Shown: one piece after another, positions 1 through 14,053 of the stretch
How positions within the stretch are numbered: position 1 is the stretch's first letter
Layout of the letters: each line of letters begins with the position of its first letter
Assembly (NCBI GenBank): GCA_000165425.1
Contig: CT868097.1
Location: 130,867-194,866 of the forward strand
Direction of reading: 5' to 3'
DNA: 64,000 nt
Origin: Paramecium tetraurelia
Taxonomy: Eukaryota
Program-made: the position numbers and the translations under genes
Notes under the pieces: generated by a model
What the model saw: the letters and a program-made list of their open reading frames with translations, nothing else
Databases searched by the model: none
Told to the model about the DNA's origin: nothing

Positions 1-213
1 TTCATAAATACTTTTGGATTCTGAATCAATAGATGTTATTATTCTTTAGACATTATTGTTAGCAATAACATTTATATCATAGCATTCTGAATAAATCTCA
101 AAAAGATCCAATCCTTTATCAAATTGAGTTGCATTTAATTTTTGATATATCTATGCGTCCTAATTTATTATCTGTATTGCTCTTTCATAAAGTTCCTGAT
201 TGACTTTTGACAT
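1..213 (-). CDS. hypothetical protein, 5' part (runs off the window edge)
   Basis: ATG at 213 opens 71 TGA-free codons in code 6 (MSKVNQELYERAIQIINQDAQIYQKLNATQFDKGLDLFEIYSEC...), preceded by AT-rich intergenic sequence. Confidence 0.7.
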
Positions 214-765
214 GTATTTTGAAGTCTATTGTTTATTAATTATTCTAATTATAAAAATTGAACTTCAAATATATTATTTATTAAAAAAGCTGATTAAGAA
301 TTTAGTTATATCATAAATTTGTGATTAAATTTTTCGTGTATAACCTATAAGAACTACAAAAATACTTAATATTCAAATAATATTCGTCAAATTAGATAGT
401 TTATAGATATTTGAACTTAATTACATAAGACCTTAAAATGAGTTTAAAGTCTTGTTTATAGATTTTTAATGGCCTTAACAATCAACCTTACTCTGCGTCG
501 TTATTTGTAGATATTCGAATTTAATATCTTATCAACTTTTGATTTATTTAATTATTTTTTAAATATTCGTATCAAGTCTTAATACTTGTATATAATTTAA
601 GTGGTTATTCAATTTTTTGTACTTATATGTATGTAGTTAAAATAGACCCAAAATCGTTTTTATGATATATTATGCATTATTAGTAATAATTTAATCTAAT
701 TTAAGGTCAGAATTAACGACTATGCTTTTCTTTTATTAAAAAATATTAATTCATAAATATATTTT

Positions 766-1011
766 ATGCAAGAAGAATTGAATTCAAGTCTTGATTCTTT
801 AGAATTGGAGTTATATCATAAACCAAATACAAAAATAAAATCAATACTAACCTACCTAAGATAACAAAAGATTTAATTTTGCACAGACCCTAAAAGGAAA
901 GAGGACAATTACTATTCGAAAAACGATAAGGAAAACGACAGCAAAGATTTCGGCATATTTAAAAACAAATTTTATAAAAGAAAATCCTCAACCCATGCGA
1001 ATTAATTGTGA
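766..1011 (+). CDS. small hypothetical protein (81 aa)
   Basis: ATG 766 to TGA 1009-1011 in code 6: MQEELNSSLDSLELELYHKPNTKIKSIL...FYKRKSSTHANQL. Confidence 0.55.
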
Positions 1012-1479
1012 AATTGAACAATCATATTTATGTTTATGCTCACCTTCTAATTAAACAACAGATTTTATTATTTGATGTTATTTTGAATCTTATTGAATAA
1101 TGTTTAAAAATCATATCCTATTAATTATAAATATTCAATATAATTTTTTATATATTGAATTTTATTTATACTGATTATAAAACAGTATGCGACATCACAA
1201 ATTGAAAGGAAAATAAATTAATAAAAGGATTTATTTTTCAAATTGAGCTCTGATTCAGAAATAGTTTTCTTAGGATCCGCAATTTACACATTTGCAAAGA
1301 ATTAATAATTATTTATAATTGAGAATTTAATTATTATATATTATTTTATAATAAGTTGAGAAAAGGAAATAGAAACTTAATAAATTTATGAATGAATAAA
1401 AAAAAAAATCTGTTTCTTTGAGAATGTTATGATTAATCCTTAATTAAGCATATATTATGAAATAATATTATTCTTGTTC

Positions 1480-4400
1480 TCAACCTATTTCTATAAAGTT
1501 TTATGGCTCTTAATTCTACTAAGTATCCCTCTTGAATTTTTTTAAAATCTTTATTTGGTTATTCATAAACTTTTTGGCTTAATATATCTTTTCTATTTCT
1601 GATTGAGCATCCTTAATAATTTCTTCTTTACTCAAAACTGTATCATAAAATTTAAGAAGCATGTTATTATAGTCTTTATTTTCATTCAAATGAAAATACT
1701 GTATATTTTTCTTAAGAAAATAATCAATCTGACATATTGCATCTTTTAGCAATTGGGGGTCCTCCAAAAGCTTCCAATTTTCTATTAAAGCTAAACAAAT
1801 TTAATATCCCCTTATTTCAAATTGTTTTGGCATAACTTCGAGTAATTCAACTAGCTCATTCCACTTTTTAGATAAAATATATATCTTGACAACAATCTTA
1901 ACTACCTTTTATTTTAAGTATTAAAATATAAGATCATGATGATAATATTATCTTAAGACTTCATCTTATTCGGAATATTCCTCCCCATACTTTTTGTAAT
2001 ATTTTATTAAGTCCTTATTTTAAGTGGAAAATATTAAAGAAATGATTTAAAGTAAGTTCTCAAGCTTTTCCTTTGACAAATTCTTATTGTTTAATTATAT
2101 ATGGCAGAAATAATATATGCCTTCGATCACATATCTTTAAGGAGCAGCACGATCAATCCTCATTTTAATTTTTTCAAAGAACAAGCACAAATTCATCATT
2201 ACCATATTTATTTTTTATTAAAAGTCTTTAGATATTATAAATTAATTGGATGATTAACTTTATTTTTCCTATAGTTATGTCTTATAAAATCTTAGTTCAG
2301 GCTATAAAATATATTAGAATTCTTCATTATCTTTAATGTTTTCCATCAACAAAGGAAATTTAATTTCAATAATTTCTAGTAATTTACATAGACCATTTAC
2401 ATTATTACTCTAAATGAATCTTCTCAGATACTTATAAACATTGATTGATAAATCTGATATACTTTCCACTTCTCCCTCTGCGGAGTTATAAAAGTAATTC
2501 ATTTATTTATCTTTCATTTAAATAATAAGTTTGTTAATGCTTGAATAATTGGTAATTGATTGAATAATTCTTTCTATTGGTACGCTCCTTAATTTTCGTA
2601 ATATTTTTTTTTCAATCAATAAAATCGCCCTGAAATTGTGTTATAAATCAAAAATATCAATTGGTATTGTAAATTAATTCTAAGAAAGTAAAAATTGGTA
2701 TGCCTATTGCACTTTCTAATAATTTTTTTCATTTGGTTAACTTTCATATTCTAGTTATCTCTGCTGTGCTTTTAACAAATCCATAATGAATCGATATTCG
2801 AAAAGGTGAGCCAGAGTTTAAAATTTTTATAAGTGAACTTAAATCTTTTTTTAGCTAATAAACCAGTCTATCTCTTAAGGCTATGCTTTTTGATTTAATT
2901 AATTGTATGCCTGATTGAAAATTTTCATATAAAGATAGTTCCAAAAAAAAGGGACCTCGTTCAACGCTATTGCTATACAAATATACATATTATTTTTATC
3001 ATCCTCTCTTGATAATTATAGCAAGTAATAAATATTGGCCAAATAATCATTCTATAATTTTTGTTGCGCTATTAGATCTTTCATCTCATTAAGCTTGGGA
3101 GGTTACTATTAGGATTACTTTGAAAAAATCAATTAATTCAATGCAGTGGCATATTGATAAACTTAGGAGTCTATTTTCTTTGGAATGTTTTTTAGAATAA
3201 CTGTGTTGGCAAAATTATGAACTGCTTTTTTATTTGAAAACTTGTTATAGCAAATTGGCAAGAAGTAACCAATAAATTTAATTTCATTTTCAAACAATTC
3301 TTTTTAAACATAATGTGGACTGAAATAGTAATTCTCAAAGAAATATACAATAAATGATTTTTTAAGATCCTTGGTGGAAAAGGAGTAAATTTGTTTGACT
3401 AATTCTTTCGAAACTCTTTTAATTTGATTAGAAATCTTGGGATCTCCCAAATTGACAGATAATTTATGACTTAATAAGTATTTTTATTTTTCAATGCTAA
3501 ATTAATATTGATTTGATCCAATTTTAAAGGGTTCTGTTAACTATTCATTAGTCAATTTAATATCTTTAAAATATCTATTATAAGGAGAAATATAATCGTA
3601 ATCATCCTCAGACTCACTTGAATATATCTCAGGTGGAGCTAAAGTTTTTGTATTTTCAGCAGGTTACGTTTCAAAATGCATTTAAATTTTTTAAACTGTG
3701 CAATGACCATACACGCCAGACTTCTCGCCGATATAATTGAGTAAATAATACTGAACATCCTTCGAATCTTAAAATCTTTCTGTAAAATTCCTCAAAATAT
3801 TTTGATATTCTTGTTTCATCTTTTGTCTTAAGTCAAGTATGTCTTTGATTAGTTGATTCAAATTAAATGTTTCTAGAAATTTACATAAATTAATTTATTT
3901 TAATTATAGTGTTGTTATTAAAAAAAGATCTTTTTATGGAGACTGTAGTTTCTTATAATAGAATAATAAAAATAGTAATAGTGGTTAACTAGCTTCTTCA
4001 TCTATGGCTCCATAAATAAATGTTAATTTTAACAAGCAAACAGCAATGATCGAATTAATTTGGGTTAATTTAAAGAATTATTCAAAAATAGGTTTAATTA
4101 ATTGGAATGTTTATTTGCATTACTCTTTTGTTTGCCTATAATATAGTTGCTTAATGCAAGCATTCAAAATTAGATAGGTTTCTTTTTAGTCACATAATTT
4201 AGATTCATCTTTGAGGAAGTTCTTTATCTTAGCCACTTGTGTTTATACTTGATCCCCTTTTTCAATCTAATAAATTGGTTATTCCCAATATTCTAGAATT
4301 TCTGGGAGTGAAAATTCTAAAAGTTTAGCCAATTATTGGTTTCTATTAAGTTGACCTTGATTGTAACAATAAGCTGGGAGATTCTTTAGGATATTGAATT

Positions 4401-5923
4401 CATTATGAATTTGAGACATAATCATTTTGAACTCCTTTGTTTAAGATATTAATTGGTCTTTTTAAGATTTCTTAAAGCTGATTTAAAATAGCAACTTGTC
4501 ATTTAATTTTAATATCAGTTTCTAATAATTTTTTAGTTTGATTGTTTACATTTTAGTTTTGTTTTTTTCATTTTTTATTCTTTATTTAAATTCATTGAAT
4601 AATAAATAGAGAATTTTAAGATCTATTTTAGGATCATTAGTTAAATCAGTGATAAAGTATTATACCCAAATATAACATTTAACTAATTCAATTTAAGCTT
4701 GTTCGACTGCTTCTTAATCAAAGTTTAATTCATCAGATAATTTATAGAGAAGCTCAGTTAATTGGTTTATTAGATTTAAAAAGTAGAACTTAGAAGGTGA
4801 GAGTTTATAAACTAAATATTGTCCTATTTAACCATTATTGACTGGCTTGGTTTACTTTTATTCTGTTTCTTAATTTTGTTAATTATGTAAGATGGTATTT
4901 TTGCCATATATTGAGATTGAATCAAAATTGACTCCACATTTTTTCATTATTTCTATAAATTTGGAATTTTCTTTCTGAAGAATGGATTATAATGAAAATT
5001 TTTCTTTGTTGTTTAAATCAAGGTTTAATTTCTATTTCAGACGCTATTTAACATTTTTTTCAAGCTGTTCTTTGGGTTTGTTCTGTGGAATCAGTTTATC
5101 TTTTTTCGATTTGACAATGAAAACAGTCTTTAGAAGTATGGAAATGTCTCTTTAGTGTATTTCTTCTGTGTCTTCATCGATGTGTAGATTATTTATTAAT
5201 AGTTTTCTGAGTTTTTTAAAAAACTTCTTGAGGTCTAATTCATCCATGTAGATTTCGCATTCATATTCTTAATAGAAGTAATCTAGAATTAAATATTCTT
5301 TTGGTATTTATTCTAATTTTTTAGAGATTTAGTTTCTTTCTTCTAGAAGTTCATTCACAAATTAAGTGGTTTTCGATTCCTTAATATATTAATCTAATTC
5401 TAGGAGTTGTTACTTCAATTTGTTTTCATCAGGCATCTTTTCCAGATACTGATTAAAGTAATCTACTTCATTAATCAAGAATGCTAAACAGCAAACCTAA
5501 TAGTACATTATTATTTTGCCTTGGACCTATTGACAAGACTCCAAACTAAATCCTAAGGATGAATAAATACGCTTTCAAAGTCAAGTGCAAGGCTCTAAAA
5601 TTGAGACCTATTTATCTAAAGATAATGGCCATTTTTCTATTGGTTTCCCAACAATCCTCTATGATGGCATTGCTTTCATGATAGTACCTGAGAGCTTCGC
5701 ATTTCTCTCTAATTTCATTGCTTCTCCCACATATTTCAGCCAATGAAATTAATGTAGCATAATGAATAGTTTTGTTCTCCTAACTCTAAACAATCTTGGA
5801 ATGGAGCAGATTTTTCAGTTATTCCTTCCCATCATTGATTCTCCCCTACTCTAAGTTATTAATGGCTTATTAATAGCAAAAGAATATTTCCACTTCCTGA
5901 GGCGATTTATTGGCAGGAATCAT
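1480..5923 (-). CDS. large TPR/alpha-helical protein, Cabin1/Hir3-like (putative HIRA-complex subunit)
   Basis: ATG 5923, TGA 1480-1482, 25-nt intron 5546-5570. N-terminus QEVEIFFCYQQAINNLEQGRINDGKEQLKNLL..HYATLISLAEI..EALRYYHES resembles the Cabin1 N-terminal TPRs from memory. The interior was spot-checked only. Confidence 0.6.
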
Positions 5924-5966
5924 AAAGTTAATTATAAGATAAATACATTAATTTAAGGAAGAAAAA

Positions 5967-8900
5967 TCAATCATTTTAACTGTACTCTACATCACTAGGC
6001 GAAACATAATAAGTAGAAATGGTTAAATTTTTAGAGGGAAGATAAACATCTTTGGCATAATCGAATTGGAATCCTTCATATTCATTTTCTACTAAATTCT
6101 TCGTGATTTCACTTACGAGAATCTTCCCCTCCTAAAATTAGATGATTTATTACTTGTCCTGATGATTCCATCAGATTCGCTATCGTAACATCTTCCCCAT
6201 AAATATCGTATCTAACTACATCCGTTCCCACCACGCCTCCCAAAACTCTGCCCGTATGCACTCCAATCCTCATATTCAGATGCTAGTATTGAGGGTCCTT
6301 CTTGTAATGATTGATGATTTCAATCATACTAAAACCAAATGCTAAGACTTTTTAGGCCTACTCTTAAAATTAAACTTACTTCTCCTGCAGGGTCTCTCTT
6401 CTTACAATCCAGCACTCCCATACACACATAACAATCTCCTATCGTAAACAACTTATAGATTTCCGCCTTCTAACAATACTGATCAAAATTTGAGAATAGA
6501 TTCCTAAGCATATCTACCACTGTTTCGGGTTCAACAGAACTTGAATATTTAGTGAAGCCAGCGATGTCTGCAAATAGTACTGTAGCATTCTCCAATACAT
6601 CCATGAATGTGTCCGTATTCTCTTAATCAGGATTCAACAATCTCCTCAAAGCATGAGGAGGCATCAGATATTGGAGCATGTTTTCATACTTCGCTATTTA
6701 AGTTGACAACTGCAAACTTATTAAATAGTTCTTAAATAATAAGTCCTTCTCTTGCATCTAACAAAAGAACGTTAATCCTGAGATTCCCATCAAATAGATT
6801 AATAATTCCAAAATATAAGCTTCATATACTATCATTATTGTTATCAATATTATGAACATAGCAATAAATCTCTATCTATCTTCATAGTTTAATATTTATG
6901 AAAGATAAACATTGATGTACAAAACACTTATTGATATAGCTTGTAGAACTACCTCAAATTCTTCCTTTTTCTCGAAATTAATTATTAACAAAGAAAGACT
7001 ACTAGAACTCAAAAAGTATATCCAAATGATAATCTTAAGCATTGCCAGATTCACTCTATCCAAAATCATTTGGTAACTGATTGTCAAAATTAGGCACATC
7101 CCAAACTAACACACCTATACAACTAATAGTTCAATCTATGTATCATTAAATTATTGGCTTATGATGAATAATAACAGACCCTTAAACAATTTCAAGGTTG
7201 TTAAAAATACTAAAATATTCCTCATCTATAATTTCTCCTATTCTTTATATTCCTCATAAATAGAATGGTATAACTGTTGATCATTCGTTTTGAATTGACT
7301 ATTATCAATTTCAAAAGTAGACTTTTCATCATAGTCAAGTTTAAACTTCTTAATTGTCTCTAAGGTCTAATAATCAAACTTCTATTCAGGCGTAATGATC
7401 AACTTCTTTTTGGCTATTTCCAATTCTTCTAATCTTTCATTCATGGATTCTGGACTCTTCTTCAAAGCAGAACTAGAATCCTATAAGTGTTGATATTTGA
7501 AAGACCTTTAGTTTTTGACTTATTTCTTCTATTCCATTTAAGAATCACTATCCACTCCTGCTCCAGATACTTTGACTATTTAATTTTTATCCCTTTCCTC
7601 TGGGAGTATTATCTTAGTACTAGATTTTATGATCCCTCCCTTCTTCTAAATTAGTTCTCCCAAAATTATGGTCCCTTTCTTCCTCAATTATGGTCTTGGA
7701 ATAAAATTAAGACCCTCTTGTTTGTTATTATCCAGTTATTAATCAGACACTTTTATCAATTGATCAGCTGAATGTAGAAATTACTATTGATTTGATTAAT
7801 GAGACAGGTTCACACCAGATTAAAATAATTGTTATTAGCACGATTGAGATACAGCCTAGACTTGGGGCTTAATATCTGTCTGGAACTAAATCTAGGTAAT
7901 TGAATCCTATTGATTATTGGGTTATGCTAAAAAATTAGGTAATTTTTCTTCGACAGCACTTTGTCGTTTTTAGATCCAATTTTTTTGAAACCCAGGAGTC
8001 TTTGCATTACTACTATGGTTGTTGTCTTTCACGTCATCATTCTTAAAATTATTATAATTATGGTACCTAATTAAATGATTTAGATTTGATGGAATTCAAA
8101 CGTTTGCCATCTAAATCATTTTCTATTGATGGTTTTTTTTTCAAAATCATATTTGGCATAACGGAAGATTGGGTTTCTCTATGTAGTTACCTAATGACTA
8201 CCTTGGGGGATTTGGCATGATCATTGAGATTCAAGGCTCCCATTTGGGCAGGTTGAACTGATGGTCTTTTAAAGATATTCTTTTTGTCCGTAGATGATTT
8301 AAAATTCATTATCTTCTTAGGTTCTTTAGATTAAACTGAGTTCTTATCTTGATATTCGGATGTCGATACTTTCGGAGTCAATATCCTTGTTGATTCTTTT
8401 TATTATAAAATCAATTTATAAGTTTCTATCATCCCTTTACCTTTAGCAGCAACTGATTTCTTCTCAAATTAATATTTAGTATTGTCCTTCACATGCAAAT
8501 ATGCAGCTTCACTCAAAGTAATAAATCCAGCTTCGCCTGTGCTACATACTCTGCTTGTCGTATTAACTGTATCTCCTATCAATGAGAACTAAGGTTTGTG
8601 AACACCAATAACTCCAGCTATCACTCTCCCATAATGAATTCCAATTTTTAATTGCACATCCTAATTATCCCCATATTTCATAGTCTTCACTGTCTCCATC
8701 ATTTGTATAGCAGTCTCAAGAGCTCTTGACGTACTGTTGGCATTCTTTTAATCTAAAATGATCGAATTTTAATTTACTTATCACAACATCGTAATCTTTA
8801 AGTCCTCCAGCTGCCATGTATGTTTTCCCGACAGTCTCAATTTTCTATAAGTCGTAATTTTGACACAATTAATCGAAGGCTCTATAGATTGTATCTAAGA

Positions 8901-11900
8901 ATTCTATTATTTTTTCCTATTAATCCTTAATTACCTTATCGAACTGATAAATGTCACAAAATAACACACTCACATCTCCTTAATCTTACGATATTTAAAT
9001 TTAGCCTTTATTCATTCTCTCTTGTATGAATCGAGGCATTAGCAAACCCAACACACTATTGATTTTTTTCTATTCCTTGCTCAATCTATTTTGGTAGACA
9101 TACGAGGATCTTTATAGAAACTGTATTTTTTGTATATAATTGAAGATAGGGTATGAGATTGCTATTATTATGAAGAAGTATTTGAAGGAACAAAATATAG
9201 CCTCGTTAATGTTATCATATTTAATGCTGAACCCATCCAACACCAAATCAAATAGATACATAAGCAATTGCAAGGCAGCGTATAAGTAAATATTAATTTT
9301 TGGCTGCGTTGTGAGGGCAAAGGATAGACTAAATAAGGTATGATATAGAAAAGCAGTGAACTCCTTTCTGTCATCTAAATAAAGTAGATCTATTAGGATT
9401 TTAAAGATGAATCGCAATCCAAATGATACTATTTACAAGTATTATTGCGACGTCTTGTTATTTATGAATTTGAATTAGAATATTACAATCAGCAATTACA
9501 ACATCAATTAGATGATGATTATTATTAGGATTGATGTTGAAAAGTCATTCATCATTATTTCATAGAGTCGAGAAATAAATATTGTCCCTTCATAGAATAC
9601 AAATACATAGGACAAACTATACTTCTACCAATTCTACTATCTAAAGAAATCCATGAAATCGTTCTCAGTTCTCCTATCATAAAATCCATGATTTTTATCC
9701 ATGTAATCTATTGTAGTCTGATCTACTTTAATAAATTTTGTTATTTATTCATCAACAATGTCTTTATTTTCAAATAAGGTCTCTATCATTTTCTTTATAT
9801 TTTGAAAGTACCCCTTCTCATTTGCGTCAGAGTTAAGGTTCAATTTAATATTATTGATCTCTTTCATGTGAACTTCTAATTGGGAGTTATCAATTGGAAA
9901 TGAAAATTCCATATTAATCATTTGCAGCATTAATTTGAGCACAAAAGATAAACCGACTAAAAATACAGCCATGAATATAAACACTTATAATCCGGGGTTG
10001 TTGAATTGTAATGAAATTTCCTAATTGTCTTAAATTGATTAAACTATCAAATAACATATCGACAATATAAAGGTTAAAGAGATTATAATAAGTAGTTGTT
10101 TTATCTTATATAATATATCATTGAATGCATCAAAAACAATAAACAATAATTTACTTTTCTCCAAAAGCTCAATTCCTACATACAACAAAACTATTTAACT
10201 TGTTTAGTTGATCTTTCCATCTCCATAAGTTAAATGTATAAGTGCCTTCTCTACTATAATCAATAAAGCAGAATCAAATATTGCAATTATTATGATTTTA
10301 ATTAACTATTTTAAAATACTTTCTGTTTTTAGAATCGTCAACCTTTTGGTCAAACTATTGAAGTATTTCTAATCGTAATCTACTTAATTGATGAGCAAGT
10401 ATGATTAAAATATGAAAGTGGATATATTGCTGGGAATAAGGAAAAATATCATGAAATTGAATATGCTTATATCGCTTTAATAAAGGTTGATACCAAAAAC
10501 TGATAATCCTATTAAAGTACTTCTGTATATTTGGATTTCTAAAAAGGAAATGTAATTCTATAAATACTGAGTGCAATAAAAGAAAAACAGTTAAAATACT
10601 TGTTTAATATTTCTAACTACAAAATTTGGTTAAGTAATACAAAAGAATGGGTTATTTTATGTCAAAGTAAAACTAATGTCTGATTTGTTAAATAAATAAT
10701 TATTTTGTAAAGAATTTCCTATAGAGATTACTTTTTTTTTGTTTAATTTGAGCAATTTCACTAATTATCCATTACGCTTACCAGTAAATTGATAGGCTCC
10801 TAAACCACTTGCAAATTCTGTCATAAAAACAAAATGATATTTTAGATAATCATCCTGCAGTATTATTTTGAATGATTCTTTACTGATTATTATATACTTC
10901 TCTAAGTGCTGTTAAACATCACTCCCCATTATATCTTATTCTTCTAACATATATTAAATATGTTATCTAAACCTGTATTATAATTACTGCACATCCTTCT
11001 CATAAAAATGAACTATTTATTCTTTTTAAACCACTTGATGTGATCTAAGAAAAATAATCAATTCATCATATGACTCGGAGGTAGTTAAACAAATTTTAAT
11101 GTTTTACATCTGCAGTGTTTAGAATAACTTCTCTTCTTTTAGAGAATCCATTTAAAATTCATTCTACGAAATTTGAGAAGTGTTGTGATGATTTCCTGAT
11201 CTAATTCCTATACAAAATAGTATTTCATTTTATTATTCCAATTTCTAATACTCAATTTCTATTTCTTAAGATCTATTTCCATAGGCATCATGCAATTAGG
11301 ACAGCTTTTCCAAAAACTCTGATGTCTAGTTTTGGCTCAACTATCGCTTACTGAATACAAAAGTTGATTGTCCATCCCATAACAATTCTTATAATTATTC
11401 ATTATAGTAACTCTAATATTCTGGCTATTTGTTATGACGATCATTTTTTCCTTTAAATATGTTTTTCAATTCGGCTGTTTAAATTCTTGTGTATAGTATT
11501 GAACCTTCTTCCAAAAGAAATGATTCGGGATCTCTGACCAAAACAGATAGTGTATTTTTTCTATTTTCAGTAGGTTCCAAAAAGGCCAAGACTTCAAAGA
11601 CCTTAACTTAATTTTCTATAGAGATCACCTTTTTGATATAACTTTTTAATTTATAATCCAATCTGGAGTTCTCAATTTCAGTACTGCATAATAATTAATA
11701 ATTAAAGACTTTTGTAAATTCCAATAACGGTTCATCAAATTTATTGCCAAAATTAAATTATAGTTCTCTAGTTTGGTCATCAAAAACACTTAATATATTA
11801 TTAGTAATTAGAATCATCAATAAAATTTCATTGTGAAGTGTGTCCTCCTTTTTATAAAGGCAATCAATAAAATCTTATTCATTATAATAATCTCCTATCA

Positions 11901-13947
11901 ATCTATCCACTCCTTAATCTTCATTTTATTTTGTTGGCGAGACTTATAGAGAAGAATTATTATTGCATTGTTTTATGAGAGTGCCTCCCTTACCAAAAAA
12001 TTAACTTCTTTATTTTTATAAAGAACTTGGTGTACTATTATTCAATTTAGTAAGATCTTTCATTGAGTCTACTCTATCAAGTGATTTCTTTGCAAAAGAT
12101 TAATCAAAGATATATCGTGTACTTTTCTTTTTAGGCAACTATTGCTTTTATGTGCCTAATAAGGTTTTATTAACAAGTTCTTCCCTTGATGCCAATTAGA
12201 GTTTTTTGATTTAAAAGAGACCTTCATTTGAATTTCTTAAATTTGGAACTTTCTTCTCTGCCAGTAATACTTCTAGATCTTATGTTTTTTATTCATCATT
12301 AGTCTATTATCTATTCGTATCTATTAATAATTTTTCATAATTTGTTTTTAATGTAGGAGATGCCTTCTTGACCAATTCTTGTAGTTTTTAATAATTAAAA
12401 ATATATTATTTTTAATCCTTTGTAATGATCTACATAATTTATGGTTTATTTTTAAATATTTCTTAAGGGTTGTCGAGTAAAATCATGTCACCTTTAATCA
12501 TATCAAGGATATTTATCTATGACAATGTTAAAAATCCTTTGAAAATGTCCTTCTTCTTTTTCAACAGTTATATTTCTGTTTATTAGATGGGCAGAAGATT
12601 TATCTTAAATTGCTTTTGAATGGGTAATAAGACCTTTTTCTCGTTTTCAGAAATGATGACTACCTGATTTTCATTTATTTCACTTAATAATCTATTCATT
12701 GAATTTTACTGGACATTTTGAGCATTCTTGTATTTATTAAAAATGATATTATTTTTCACCATATTAATTAAAAGCCAAAATTAATTTAACCACAACAAAT
12801 TTTAAGGTATGATCAATAAACAATAACATATACTACTGTAGAAATACTTCTCATAAGATTAGAATGAATACAAAATTATGTTTGGAACCAGCAAAATCAA
12901 AAACAAAACAATTAAAATGAGTATTATCTTCTAATATACATTATGTATCCAACTGGGGGGTTTGAAATTCTCATTATAAAAATTGGATTATGCTATGCAA
13001 TCATTCCCCACTCTAATAACCATTCCAAATATCCAATCAACTGAATCCAATCTTTCTCCTCTCTAAATCATATTCTTTTTGGTAAATGGTGTTAATTTTG
13101 GGTCATTTTTCAACTTGATAGTCCCCTGTATTGTAAGATCGGTTGCAGTGAATTAAATAGTTCCACTTAACTTAGTTTTGAAGTCTAAAATATTTCCCTT
13201 AATAGTCTAATTTAAACTCACGAAAGTGCAAGAGCAGGGAGTTCTGTGATCAAAGTTTATTAGAACCTGCTCTTTACTTGAATCAAGGATCAATAGATCA
13301 GCTGGACTCTGTTCATTCTGTTGTAAACAAATAATGTGGCCAACTGTTAATTAGCTCCAAGTAATTTTTTCATACGAATGCAACCTATTAAAGGATAATT
13401 ATTTAATTTACTCAACATTTTAATTGGAGAGTTGCTTCGATGAAACATCAGGAAATTTGGCAATGATGGTGCATTGCTAAGAATTAATTGTATTTTATTA
13501 AGTCTTTCGTTAAAATGCAATTATTGATGTGTTCATTAGAGATAATAACAGTTTAAAGAGATAGCAAAAAAGAGTGTAATATACGATGACTTCTTCGTTT
13601 TGATCATGAGTGTAAGTTTATCCAGAAAGTGCGATAATCAGAATTCCAAGTATTATAATATTCTCAACGCTAATAATTTTTTCTATAAATATCACTATAA
13701 GAGTTTTAATCTAAACAAATAAGACATTGCCATACACTAATTAATTTGATATTATTGGTTGCAATTTCAAAATTGGTGATCTTTTGCACTTCTCCATTCG
13801 AGAATTCAATCTAATTTAAGTTTGAAATTTTACTTTTTGTGTCTAATCAATACCCTGTTGTAACAATAAAGATTTTTACACAGACTTCTGAATTTTACGA
13901 GGTAACCACAAATAACACCTTGAGATTAACCAGAATAATATTTTCAT
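5967..13947 (-). CDS. alveolate-type membrane guanylyl cyclase with N-terminal P4-ATPase-like domain
   Basis: A-domain WSQLTVGHIICLQQNEQSPADLLILDSS and RGERLDSVDWIFGMVIRVGND. Two hydrophobic TM blocks. C1 domain KIETVGKTYMAAGG / IGVHKPQFSLIGDTVNTTSRVC (~8400-9000). C2 domain LFADIAGFTKYS / YKLFTIGDCY / MRIGVHTG / RYDIYGEDVTIANLMESSG (~6100-6600). Several tiny introns. TGA 5967-5969. Confidence 0.95.
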
Positions 13948-14053
13948 AACTAATAATTTTTACAAATTTTTATTAAGTACAAACACTTAAAACAAATATA
14001 TGAATATTTATAAATTGAAGCATCATCAAAAATACAACCAAAATTATCATCAC

